Position numbers and translations under genes: made by a program. Below the pieces are notes generated by a model. The model did not search any database, was not told the DNA's origin, and was given only the letters and a program-made list of their open reading frames with translations. DNA of 64,000 nucleotides from Myxococcales bacterium (GTDB taxonomy: Bacteria > Myxococcota_A > UBA9042): the NCBI GenBank assembly GCA_009692425.1, contig SHZF01000009.1, forward strand, positions 48,214-112,213, written 5' to 3'. Positions 18,628-26,910 of this stretch are shown piece after piece. The first letter of the stretch is position 1. Each line of letters starts with the position of its first letter.

Positions 18628-20198
18628 GGCGAGCCCCCATGACCAGAGCCCCCATGACCAGAGCCCCCATCACCGGAGCCGACTCGCAGATCGCGCAGCG
18701 TGGTCCAGGGGTCCCCTGTCGTTGCGGCACTCGAGGATTCGCTCGTCGCTTGGTGCACGCCCGCTCCTTGCCGAGGTCCTCCGGGCCCACCCACGGCGAG
18801 CGCCAGCAAGGCCGCCTCCGAAGCTTCGTTGCCGGCACCGGGAGCGGAGTTGCCCCACACCTCGTCGAGCCACCGCGTATGCAGGTCGGACGTCCGCACA
18901 TTGGGGTGGTCGCACAACGCCGCCAGCATCGGCACGTTCGTCGTCACGCCGTGCACCACGGTCTCGGCCAGGGCCGCCCGCAGCCGGTCCAGCGCTTCGT
19001 CCCGCGTGCGCCCCCACGCGATGATCTTGGCCAGCATCGGGTCATAGTGCATCGACACGGTGTCGCCGCTCTCGAAGCCGGCATCGACACGGACAAACGG
19101 CACATCGGGCCAGCGCACGCGAGCGAGCGTCCCCACCTGCGGCACATAGCCTTGGCTCGGGTCTTCGGCATAGACGCGCGCCTCGACGGCCACGCCGCGC
19201 GGCTGCAGGCCCTCGGGCCCGACGATGTCTGTCAGCCTTTCTCCTTGCGCGATGCGTAGTTGCGCCACGCACAGATCGAAGCCCAGCACGGTCTCGGTCA
19301 CCGGGTGCTCGACCTGCAGGCGGGTGTTCATTTCGAGGAAGAAGTGGCGCCGCGTCGCCGGGTCGAACAGGAACTCCACGGTGCCGGCCCCGACGTAGCC
19401 GACCTGCGCCGCGAACGCCTGGCCCGCCGCACAGATCGCGGCGCGCTCGGCCGGGGAGAGGATCGGGCAGGGCGACTCCTCCATCACCTTCTGGTGGCGC
19501 CGTTGCAGGCTGCACTCGCGCTCGAACGCGTGCATGACCGTTCCGTGCCGGTCGCCGAGCACTTGCACCTCGATGTGGCGCGCTGCCGTCACGAGGCGCT
19601 CCGCGAACAGGCGATCCGACGCGAACGATGCGCGCGCGATGCGGGCCGACGCCTGCACGGCGCCCGCGAACCCGTCGAGTCGATCCACGCGCTCCATGCC
19701 CTTGCCGCCGCCGCCGTCTTGCGGCTTGACGAGCAGCGGGAGGCCAAGCGCTTGCACGATTTCGGCGAGATGGGCGGGGTCGGCCGATTCGATGGCGCGC
19801 GCCGGAGCGGTGGGCACGCCTGCGGCGATGGCGACCGCCTTGGCCGCGGTCTTCGACTGGATGCCGGCAATGCAGCGCGCGGGCGGCCCGATCCACGTCA
19901 GTCCTGCCGCCTCGACGGCGTCGGCGAAGTCCTTATTTTCGCTTAGAAATCCATACCCAGGATGGACCGCCTGTGCGCCACTGCGCCGCGCCGCATCGAG
20001 CAGGCGGTCGATCGACAAGTAGCTCTCCGCCGCCGGCGCGGCTCCGATCGCCACGGCCAGGTCGGCGGCGCGCACGTGGCGAGCGGTCGCGTCGGCCTCG
20101 CTGTAGACCGCGATCGGCGTCAGGCCCAACACGCGGCACGCCCGCGCCACCCGGACCGCGATTTCGCCACGGTTGGCGATCAGCACGCGCTGGAACAC
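18624..20198 (-). CDS. liuD: methylcrotonyl-CoA carboxylase alpha subunit, N-terminal piece (biotin carboxylase / ATP-grasp)
   Basis: MFQRVLIANRGEIAVRVARACR..., HPGYGFLSEN, EMNTRLQVEHPVTE: a classic biotin carboxylase. It ends in a GSGHG repeat and a stop instead of continuing into BCCP. Confidence 0.9.
   Translation of the reverse strand: MFQRVLIANRGEIAVRVARACRVLGLTPIAVYSEADATARHVRAADLAVAIGAAPAAESYLSIDRLLDAARRSGAQAVHPGYGFLSENKDFADAVEAAGLTWIGPPARCIAGIQSKTAAKAVAIAAGVPTAPARAIESADPAHLAEIVQALGLPLLVKPQDGGGGKGMERVDRLDGFAGAVQASARIARASFASDRLFAERLVTAARHIEVQVLGDRHGTVMHAFERECSLQRRHQKVMEESPCPILSPAERAAICAAGQAFAAQVGYVGAGTVEFLFDPATRRHFFLEMNTRLQVEHPVTETVLGFDLCVAQLRIAQGERLTDIVGPEGLQPRGVAVEARVYAEDPSQGYVPQVGTLARVRWPDVPFVRVDAGFESGDTVSMHYDPMLAKIIAWGRTRDEALDRLRAALAETVVHGVTTNVPMLAALCDHPNVRTSDLHTRWLDEVWGNSAPGAGNEASEAALLALAVGGPGGPRQGAGVHQATSESSSAATTGDPWTTLRDLRVGSGDGGSGHGGSGHGGSP
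18631..18675. repeat. 3 x 15-bp tandem repeat (GSG[DH]G) at the 3' end of the biotin carboxylase ORF
   Basis: gagcccccatgacca x2 followed by gagcccccatcaccg on the plus strand. Confidence 0.85.
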
Positions 20199-20216
20199 TC
20201 CGTCACCTCTAGGGAA

Positions 20217-20999
20217 TCAGTGTCCGCCGCGGGGAATCCAAGAGGCCGGCCGCTTTTCGAGAAACGCCGCCATGCCCTCGGCCGCTTCGTCGGAGACGCG
20301 CCGCTGCGCCAGAGCGTGCGCCGTCACGTCCACCACGTCCGCGGGAGCCCGAAATGCCACGTCGCGCACGAGTCGTTTGCACGCCGCCAGGGCCTCGGGC
20401 CCACCCGCCAGCAGCGAGGCGATGGTGCGCTCCACGCGGGCATCGAGGTCGGCGGGCGTTGCGATCGCGTGCACGAGGCCGATGCGCCAGGCGTCTTCGG
20501 CGGTGACCTTGTCGCCCAACAAGAACAGCGCGCGCGCCTGGCTCGGCCCGACCCGCTCGACGAGGAAGGGGGAGATTACCGCCGGAAGCAGCCCGAGCCG
20601 CACCTCCGTCAGCGTGAAGCTCGCCGCAGTCGAGGCCACGGCCACATCGCACGCCGCCACCAGGCCGACACCGCCGCCGCGCGCCGCGCCGTGCACGCGG
20701 GCGACCACTGGCTTGGCGAGTCCGGCGATACTATGGAATAATTTGGCAATCTGCACAACACTGTTCGAATTCGCCGCGTCGCCGCCCTGGGCTTGCTGCA
20801 GCATCCAACCGAGATCGGCGCCGGCGCAAAACGAAGACCCCTCGCCCGCCAGCACGACGACGCGCACGGCTGGGTCGGTCCCGAAGGCTTCCAATGCCGC
20901 AGCCATCTGCGTCAGCATCGCGCCGTCAAAGGCGTTGTGTTTCTCCGGGCGCGCCAGCCAGAGGTGCGCGACGCCGGCATGGATGTCGGTGCGAATCAT
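20217..20999 (-). CDS. liuC: enoyl-CoA hydratase family, probable methylglutaconyl-CoA hydratase
   Basis: Crotonase motifs LARPEKHNAF and VVVLAGEGSSFCAGADL. Position between the carboxylase subunits matches liuBCDE order. Confidence 0.85.
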   Translation of the reverse strand: MIRTDIHAGVAHLWLARPEKHNAFDGAMLTQMAAALEAFGTDPAVRVVVLAGEGSSFCAGADLGWMLQQAQGGDAANSNSVVQIAKLFHSIAGLAKPVVARVHGAARGGGVGLVAACDVAVASTAASFTLTEVRLGLLPAVISPFLVERVGPSQARALFLLGDKVTAEDAWRIGLVHAIATPADLDARVERTIASLLAGGPEALAACKRLVRDVAFRAPADVVDVTAHALAQRRVSDEAAEGMAAFLEKRPASWIPRGGH

Positions 21000-21017
21000 G
21001 GACTTTTCCCCCGCCAG

Positions 21018-22640
21018 CTACATGCGGAACACGCCCGGCTTCCAGTCCGGGATCGGCGCGTTGTAGCAGGCTGACAGCGCGAGTCCGACGACATCGCGGG
21101 TCTGTTCCATTTCGATGATGCCGTCGTCCCACAGCCGCGCCGTCGAAAAATACGGATTGCCTTCGGCCTCATAGCGCGCCAGCACCGGGTCACGGATGGC
21201 GGCCTCGTCGGCGGCGCTCAGCGTCTTGCCGGCCTTCTCCAACTGCTCGCGCTTGACCTGGGCCAGCACCGCCGCGGCCTGCTCGCCGCCCATCACGCTG
21301 ATGCGGGCGTTCGGCCACGTGAACAGGAAGCGCGGCTGGTACGCGCGCCCCGCCATGCCGTAGTTGCCGGCGCCATAAGAACCGCCGATGATAACAGTGA
21401 TTTTCGGCACATTTGCGACGGCCACGGCGTGCACCATCTTGGCGCCGTCTTTCGCGATGCCCCCGTGCTCGGCCTGCGAACCCACCATGAAGCCCGTGAT
21501 GTTCTGGAGGAAAAGCAGCGGCACCTTGCGCGCCCCGCACAACTCGATGAAGTGGGCCGCCTTGAGCGCCGACGCGCTGAACAGCACGCCATTGTTCGCC
21601 ACGATGCCGACCGGCATGCCGTGCAGGCGCGCGAAACCACACACGAGCGTCGTGCCGTAGCGGGCCTTGAATTCGTGGAAGCGGGAGCCATCGACCACGC
21701 GCCCGATCACCTCGCGCACGTCGTAGGGCTGGCGCAGATCGCCGGGCACGATGCCGGGCAGTTGGGCAGGGTCGTGCAGGGGCGGTTCTGGCGGCGCGAA
21801 CACGCCGTCGGGTTGCTTGCGGCGGTTCAGATTCGCCACGATGGTGCGGGCGATCTGGAGCGCGTGGGCATCGTCGTCGGCGAGGTGGTCGGCCACGCCC
21901 GAGATGCGCGTGTGCACATCGCCACCGCCGAGCGCTTCAGCGGAAATCTCCTCGCCCGTCGCAGCCTTCACCAGCGGCGGGCCGGCCAGGTAGATGGTGC
22001 CGCGGTTTTTGACGATCACGGCCTCGTCGGCCATCGCCGGCACGTATGCGCCGCCTGCGGTGCACATGCCGAGCACGACTGCGATCTGGGGCACGCCGGC
22101 CGCGGACAGGCGCGCCTCGTTGTAGAAGATGCGGCCGAAGTGATCGCGGTCGGGGAACACGTCCGCCTGCAACGGCAAGAAGGCACCGCCCGAATCGACG
22201 AGGTACACGCACGGCAACTGGTTCTCTGCGGCAACCTCTTGGGCGCGCAGGTGTTTCTTGACCGTCAGCGGCAGGTAGGAACCGCCCTTCACGGTGGCGT
22301 CGTTGGCGATGACCATGCATTCGGTACCGGCCACGCGGCCGATGCCGGTCACGATGCCGGCGGAGGGCGCCGAGCCTTCGTACAGGTCCCAGGCGGCGAG
22401 CGGCGACAGTTCGAGCAGCGGCGAGCCCGGGTCCAGCAGCGCATCGACGCGATCGCGCACAAGCAGGGCGCCGCGCTCCGTGTGGCGGGTGCGCGAGGCT
22501 GCGGGACCGCCCAACCGCACGAGGCCGAGGCGCTCGCGCAACTGGCGCGCCAACCCATGGTGGTGGCTGCGGTTGGCGGCGAAGGCCGGGCTGGCTGGCT
22601 CAGCGTGGGTGTCGAGGACGTCCATCGGGGGCGCACGCAT
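21018..22640 (-). CDS. liuB: methylcrotonyl-CoA carboxylase beta subunit (carboxyltransferase)
   Basis: [31 protein letters not shown]..., GGAYVPAM and a C-terminal ...PGVFRM. Start is ATG 22640 or ATG 22625. The rest of track ORF 21018..23471 is a spurious extension. Confidence 0.9.
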   Translation of the reverse strand: MRAPPMDVLDTHAEPASPAFAANRSHHHGLARQLRERLGLVRLGGPAASRTRHTERGALLVRDRVDALLDPGSPLLELSPLAAWDLYEGSAPSAGIVTGIGRVAGTECMVIANDATVKGGSYLPLTVKKHLRAQEVAAENQLPCVYLVDSGGAFLPLQADVFPDRDHFGRIFYNEARLSAAGVPQIAVVLGMCTAGGAYVPAMADEAVIVKNRGTIYLAGPPLVKAATGEEISAEALGGGDVHTRISGVADHLADDDAHALQIARTIVANLNRRKQPDGVFAPPEPPLHDPAQLPGIVPGDLRQPYDVREVIGRVVDGSRFHEFKARYGTTLVCGFARLHGMPVGIVANNGVLFSASALKAAHFIELCGARKVPLLFLQNITGFMVGSQAEHGGIAKDGAKMVHAVAVANVPKITVIIGGSYGAGNYGMAGRAYQPRFLFTWPNARISVMGGEQAAAVLAQVKREQLEKAGKTLSAADEAAIRDPVLARYEAEGNPYFSTARLWDDGIIEMEQTRDVVGLALSACYNAPIPDWKPGVFRM

Positions 22641-22829
22641 AGCGGAAAAGCGGGGCGGGAGCAACGGCCCCGCATTCGGCGACCGGGGATGGGAGTCGGT
22701 GGTAGATCTGGGGCCGACCACGCCCTTGCGCGCGCGCGCATCCTCTGCGAGTTTCCCGCACCCGGCAGGAACCGCGAGCGCCGCCGACTCGTCGACAAAG
22801 GGGAGAGGCGCCCGCAAACAGGAGGAATC

Positions 22830-23600
22830 ATGAAAATTTCCAATGTCATTGCGATGGTCACCGGCGGCGCGTCGGGTCTCGGCCGGGCCACGGCGCAACG
22901 CCTTGCTCGCGAGGGTGCCCGGGTCGCCGTGTGCGATTTGCCTGCCAGCCCGGGTGCCACCACTGCAGCCGAGATCGGCGACGCTGCGATTTTCGTGCCA
23001 GCGGATGTGACGAGCGAACACGACATGCGGGCGGCACTCGACGCGGTCGCCGCGAAGTGGGGCCAAGCGCCCAACGTCGTTGTCAACTGCGCCGGCATCG
23101 CGATCGCCCAGCGCACGCTGACCAAGAGAGGGCCGCACGATCTCGAGTCCTTCGCACGCATCGTGCAGGTCAATGTCGTCGGCACGTTCAACGTGATCCG
23201 GTTGTCGGCGGCGCGCATGGCGGAACTCGAACCGAACGAGCATGGCGAGCGCGGCGTCATCGTGAACACGGCCTCGGTCGCGGCGTACGACGGCCAGATC
23301 GGGCAGGCCGCCTACGCGGCGTCGAAGGGAGCGGTCGTCGGCATGACGCTGCCAATTGCGCGCGACCTCAGCGGCAACGGCATCCGCATCTGCACGATCG
23401 CGCCCGGCCTGTTCAAGACGCCCATGCTCGCGGGGCTGCCCGAGGCGGTCCAGACGCAGTTGGCGAGCCAAGTCCCCTTTCCCAATCGCCTCGGCGACCC
23501 GGACGAGTACGGGCAGTTGGTGCAGGCCATCGTGACGAACCCGATGCTGAACGGCGAGACGATTCGACTCGACGGCGCTCTCCGCATGCCGCCGAAGTAG
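22830..23600 (+). CDS. short-chain dehydrogenase, 3-hydroxyacyl-CoA dehydrogenase type 2 (HSD17B10-like)
   Basis: ATG 22830 follows GGAGGA (22821-22826). TGGASGLG Rossmann motif, [26 protein letters not shown]-terminal [14 protein letters not shown]. Confidence 0.9.
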   Translation: MKISNVIAMVTGGASGLGRATAQRLAREGARVAVCDLPASPGATTAAEIGDAAIFVPADVTSEHDMRAALDAVAAKWGQAPNVVVNCAGIAIAQRTLTKRGPHDLESFARIVQVNVVGTFNVIRLSAARMAELEPNEHGERGVIVNTASVAAYDGQIGQAAYAASKGAVVGMTLPIARDLSGNGIRICTIAPGLFKTPMLAGLPEAVQTQLASQVPFPNRLGDPDEYGQLVQAIVTNPMLNGETIRLDGALRMPPK

Positions 23601-23625
23601 TCGCGGCGACCGACCGGCGCGCCTT

Positions 23626-24150
23626 TCAAGGCAACGTCGCGGCCCGCTCCCAGGGTCGTTGGCTCGATGTCGCCATCAGGTCGAGGCGCCACGCGCCCTC
23701 TTCGCGCACGAGCACCCACTGCCGCGTTTCCCGGCCCGCCCGCACGTCCAACACCACCGAGGCAGTCCCCGCGCGCACGGCAACGACCTCGGTCGGCTGC
23801 TGCGGCGCCCGGGTGGCCAAAGGGGAAGCGGCCGGCGCCGTCGCCATGGCGGCCCGCACGATCGGTCGCGTCGCCGCCGTCAGGAGCGCTCCGATGGAGT
23901 CGCCATCACCCGAAGCCAGCGCCGCTTCCATGCGTGCGGGAAAAGTGGCGGGGTCTTCCTGACATCCGAGGCATCCCACGGCCAGGGCGCACCGTGCCGC
24001 CACGCTCGCAGATCCGGAATGCCAAGGCCCGGTTGGCAAACGGGCAGGGCGCACGCTGCCGGACGCAGCGGGGTCCACTGTGGGCACCCTGCAAAACGAA
24101 GCGGTACCAACTTCGCGCACCTTGCCGGGCGAGGCGGAGTCAGCGGTCAT
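23626..24150 (-). CDS. hypothetical small lipoprotein
   Basis: ORF with G/C-rich third positions and a possible lipobox ALAVGC. The true start is probably internal. No family recognised. Confidence 0.4.
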   Translation of the reverse strand: MTADSASPGKVREVGTASFCRVPTVDPAASGSVRPARLPTGPWHSGSASVAARCALAVGCLGCQEDPATFPARMEAALASGDGDSIGALLTAATRPIVRAAMATAPAASPLATRAPQQPTEVVAVRAGTASVVLDVRAGRETRQWVLVREEGAWRLDLMATSSQRPWERAATLP

Positions 24151-24178
24151 GGCACGTGCCCCGAGTGTTGGATTGCAG

Positions 24179-24262
24179 TGCGAGAAGTGGGACTTGAACC
24201 CACACGCCCTTGCGGGCGCCAGCCCCTCAAGCTGGTGCGTCTACCAATTTCGCCATCCTCGC
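24179..24262 (-). tRNA. tRNA-Leu (anticodon GAG)
   Basis: The reverse complement GCGAGGATGGCGAAATTGGTAGACGCACCAGCTTGAGGGGCTGGCGCCCGCAAGGGCGTGTGGGTTCAAGTCCCACTTCTCGCA folds as a tRNA. It has a 7-bp acceptor stem with one G-U and an anticodon stem CCAGC/GCTGG with loop TTGAGGG. The long variable arm is CGCCC-GCAA-GGGCG and the T arm is GTGGG-TTCAAGT-CCCAC. CCA is not encoded. Confidence 0.9.
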
Positions 24263-24298
24263 AATCGGCCGACCGCAAGGGTCGACCCGGCGCCCAGC

Positions 24299-24327
24299 AA
24301 GATGGCCGCGACCGCTGCGGGTGTCAA
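24299..24327 (-). promoter_or_regulatory. candidate sigma70-type promoter for tRNA-Leu
   Basis: Minus strand reads TTGACA, 17 nt, CATCTT, about 36 nt upstream of the tRNA 5' end. The -10 element is weak. Confidence 0.3.
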
Positions 24328-24404
24328 GGTTGGAAAAACCACAAACCGGTGCTTTGCCCATCGGCTGGACCGCGCTACGCTCGTCCCCGCAACGGGAGGT
24401 CTCC

Positions 24405-24923
24405 ATGAATCCAAGACTCGCCATGAATCCGAAAGTCGACGCGTGGTTTCGCGAGTACGACACGTACCACCGCCACCCGATGAACCGGGCGACGCACAAG
24501 ATCGCGATCCCGCTGATCGTTTTTCACGTCGTCGCCATGTGCGCCTGGCTGCCGTTGTTCGACGTCGGCGCCCATCCGGTCACGTTGGCCCACGTGGCGA
24601 TCGTCGCTTTGACGGGCTTCTATCTGTCGGTGAGCGTCCTGTACGCTGTCCTGATGGCCGTCTCCACGGCCCTGTGCCTGATTGCTGCGCTCTGGCTCGA
24701 AGCGGCGGTGGGCGTGCAGACGGCGCGCGCGGCTGTAGTCGGTGTCGCGATTCTGGCGTGGGTCGTGCAACTGGCCGGCCATGCAGTGTGGGAGAAGCGT
24801 TCGCCTGCGTTCTTGCGCAACCTCGTGCAGGCGCTGGTGGGGCCGATCTACTTCTTCGCCTTGCTGCTCGGCCATTGGCGCGCGCCGGAGTGGGTCGACC
24901 CGCGAGCGGTGTCGGTCAAGTAG
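24405..24923 (+). CDS. DUF962 / Mpo1-like membrane protein
   Basis: ATG 24405 follows GGGAGG (24394-24399). YHRHPMNRATHKIAIPLIVF and GHAVWEKRSPAFLRNLVQALVGPIYFF match the YGL010w/Mpo1-like pattern. Confidence 0.7.
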   Translation: MNPRLAMNPKVDAWFREYDTYHRHPMNRATHKIAIPLIVFHVVAMCAWLPLFDVGAHPVTLAHVAIVALTGFYLSVSVLYAVLMAVSTALCLIAALWLEAAVGVQTARAAVVGVAILAWVVQLAGHAVWEKRSPAFLRNLVQALVGPIYFFALLLGHWRAPEWVDPRAVSVK

Positions 24924-24942
24924 CGGTTCGGCACCCGCGCGG

Positions 24943-25428
24943 TCACAGCGAATCGCCCGGAACGCTCTCGTTGCCGTCCGCATCTACGCTCACGCGCACC
25001 GGGCCCACCGGCGCGGGCGGGTCGCATGTGCTGTCGGCCTCGCCCGTAATCTGGCCGCGCAGTTTCTCCACGTGGGCGAGCCACTGCATTTGGATGTCGG
25101 CGGGCACTTCGTGATCGCGCAGCGTATCGGCGAGGATGCGCGTGCGCCGCGCGAATTGGCCGCCGCGGATCGGGTGGGGAGCGTGGGCCGCGCGCAGGGG
25201 GCGGCCTTCGTACGGCACGTCGGTGGCGCCCAGGGCCCGCGCGGCGAACTGGAACTCCAGCTGCTTCAGCCGGTCGCGATCGACGCTGCGGAAAAAGAAG
25301 CCGATCATCGTGTCGGTGCACACCCGCTCGGTGAAGTCGTCGATGATCGCGGCAAGCGCCGGCGCCCCCAGCCGCGCGAATGCGGTCGACGAGCCCACCA
25401 CGTCGGGCGGGTCCAGCGGCGGGGTCAT
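24943..25428 (-). CDS. group I truncated hemoglobin
   Basis: MTPPL... start at 25428. FFFRSVDRDRLKQLEFQFAARALGATDVPYEGRPLRAAHAPHPI...QFARRTRIL is typical trHbN. The longer track ORFs in this region are alternate-frame artefacts. Confidence 0.8.
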   Translation of the reverse strand: MTPPLDPPDVVGSSTAFARLGAPALAAIIDDFTERVCTDTMIGFFFRSVDRDRLKQLEFQFAARALGATDVPYEGRPLRAAHAPHPIRGGQFARRTRILADTLRDHEVPADIQMQWLAHVEKLRGQITGEADSTCDPPAPVGPVRVSVDADGNESVPGDSL

Positions 25429-26132
25429 GGCGCGCCTGCAACTGCGAGTTCGAGCACCGCGCGCGCCGCAGCCAGTGTGTCGGCCTGCTGCGGCACGCGC
25501 GCCTCGACCTGATCGGCCAGCAGGGTCCGATCCAACCGCCCGAAGCCCAGCGTCGCTTCCTGAACGCGCAGCTCGGCGCGCGCCGCTTCGAGCGCCCGGG
25601 CCACGTCGTCGCCGACATGGTGCAGAGACTCCCCCGCCGCCACCCGCCGCGCAGCTTCCGCCGCCACGGCCGCGTCTCGCTGGTTTTCGAGCGCGAGCCA
25701 ATCGCGGCGCACCCCGTCGAGGCGCTGCGTGAAGCTGGTCGCCTCCGCGCGCCAGAGTTGCACCTGATCGCGCACGATTGGGCGGCCCGGGTCCGCCAGC
25801 GCCGCATCGGCCAGCTTGCGCAGTCGATCGCGGCGGCACTTGTCGAGGTCCGCGGCCCCGGCGGCGTCGGGCAGCCCGCATGGGCGCATGAGCAGGGCGA
25901 GATCGTGCAGGTCAGGCTCTTTCGTCGCGGGACGCGCAGAGACTTCCGTCGAAGGCGCGGGGGCAGGCGCGACTCCGTGACGCAGCGCCTGCGCCGGGGG
26001 CGAATTCTCTGCTGCAGGCGCGCCGACGGCCACCGGGTGGCAGCAGCCAACATGGGCGCCGACCCAACCGCCGACGCCGCCGGATGCCAGTCCAATCATC
26101 AGCATCCTCGCCGTTGCGTTGCGTCCTTCCAT
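25425..26132 (-). CDS. hypothetical membrane-anchored coiled-coil protein
   Basis: N-terminal TM MLMIGLASGGVGGWVGA, then an Ala/Arg/Glu-rich helical region. ATGA overlap (25425-25428) with the globin gene. Confidence 0.55.
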   Translation of the reverse strand: MEGRNATARMLMIGLASGGVGGWVGAHVGCCHPVAVGAPAAENSPPAQALRHGVAPAPAPSTEVSARPATKEPDLHDLALLMRPCGLPDAAGAADLDKCRRDRLRKLADAALADPGRPIVRDQVQLWRAEATSFTQRLDGVRRDWLALENQRDAAVAAEAARRVAAGESLHHVGDDVARALEAARAELRVQEATLGFGRLDRTLLADQVEARVPQQADTLAAARAVLELAVAGAP

Positions 26133-26236
26133 CGTGGTGCCTAGACTCCGCGCCCGCCGCGCAGGCCGCGAGCATCCTTGCCCTGCGCCGGGCCTGCAAG
26201 CCCGCCTGCCCTTCTCAGCCTACGCGAGGAACCCCC

Positions 26237-26521
26237 ATGGACGACGTCCGCATCGACCGCACCCGTGCCCACGAACTCGTCGCCGCCGGCGCCCACCTCG
26301 TCGATGTGCGCACGCCGGAAGAGTTTGCGACTGGCGCCCACGACGGTGCCGTCAACATCCCCGTCCAGGTGATCGGGCAGACGATCGACCAGCACTTCGC
26401 CACCGACGCGACCTTGGTGCTCTATTGCCGCTCCGGGATGCGCAGCGACATCGGTGCCCGCATGTTGCGGCAGATGGGGTACGCCAACGCCTACAACGCG
26501 GGCGGCATCGGCGACCTGTAG
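26237..26521 (+). CDS. single-domain rhodanese (sulfurtransferase-like)
   Basis: ATG 26237 follows GAGGA. LVDVRTPEEFATGAHDGAVNIP and the active-site loop YCRSGMRS. Confidence 0.85.
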   Translation: MDDVRIDRTRAHELVAAGAHLVDVRTPEEFATGAHDGAVNIPVQVIGQTIDQHFATDATLVLYCRSGMRSDIGARMLRQMGYANAYNAGGIGDL

Positions 26522-26910
26522 GGGTGCGTGCGCGCCCTGCCACGCATGCTTGATCACGCACGCCCGTCGCGGACGCCTGGCTCCAGAACCTCGCGCACGA
26601 GACGTTCGAGCCCCGCCTGCAGCGTCCAGCGCGGCGCAGTGCACCACCCAGTCCAAGCGGTCGGGCAGCGACAGCCGGGTCGCAGCGCCGGGCTGGCGGC
26701 ACCAGGCGTCGAGGTTGGCGACTGCGTGGCCCGCGCCTGCGAGATGGCGCACGAGTTCGTCGCCGACGCAGCGGTCGCGTGATCGCCCGACAGCAACACC
26801 GCGCGCTGTCATTGCGGCGGGGTCCGCGTATGCCCATGGCCGCCAGCCGGTCGGCGAGGCGTTGGACGTACAGCGAAATACCACCGCGCGGCGGCAGCGG
26901 ATCCGGGTCG

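Noticed and set aside
21429-22829. The 5' 467 codons of track ORF 21429..23600 (+), and the 5' extension of 21018..23471 (-) beyond 22640.
   Set aside because: These are antisense or alternate-frame read-through of liuB and the SDR gene. The recognisable domains start at ATG 22830 (with GGAGGA) and ATG 22640/22625 respectively.
24179-24262. tRNA-Leu as an integration site for a genomic island.
   Set aside because: There is no integrase, no direct repeat of the tRNA 3' end and no compositional shift on either side. The neighbours are ordinary small metabolic genes.
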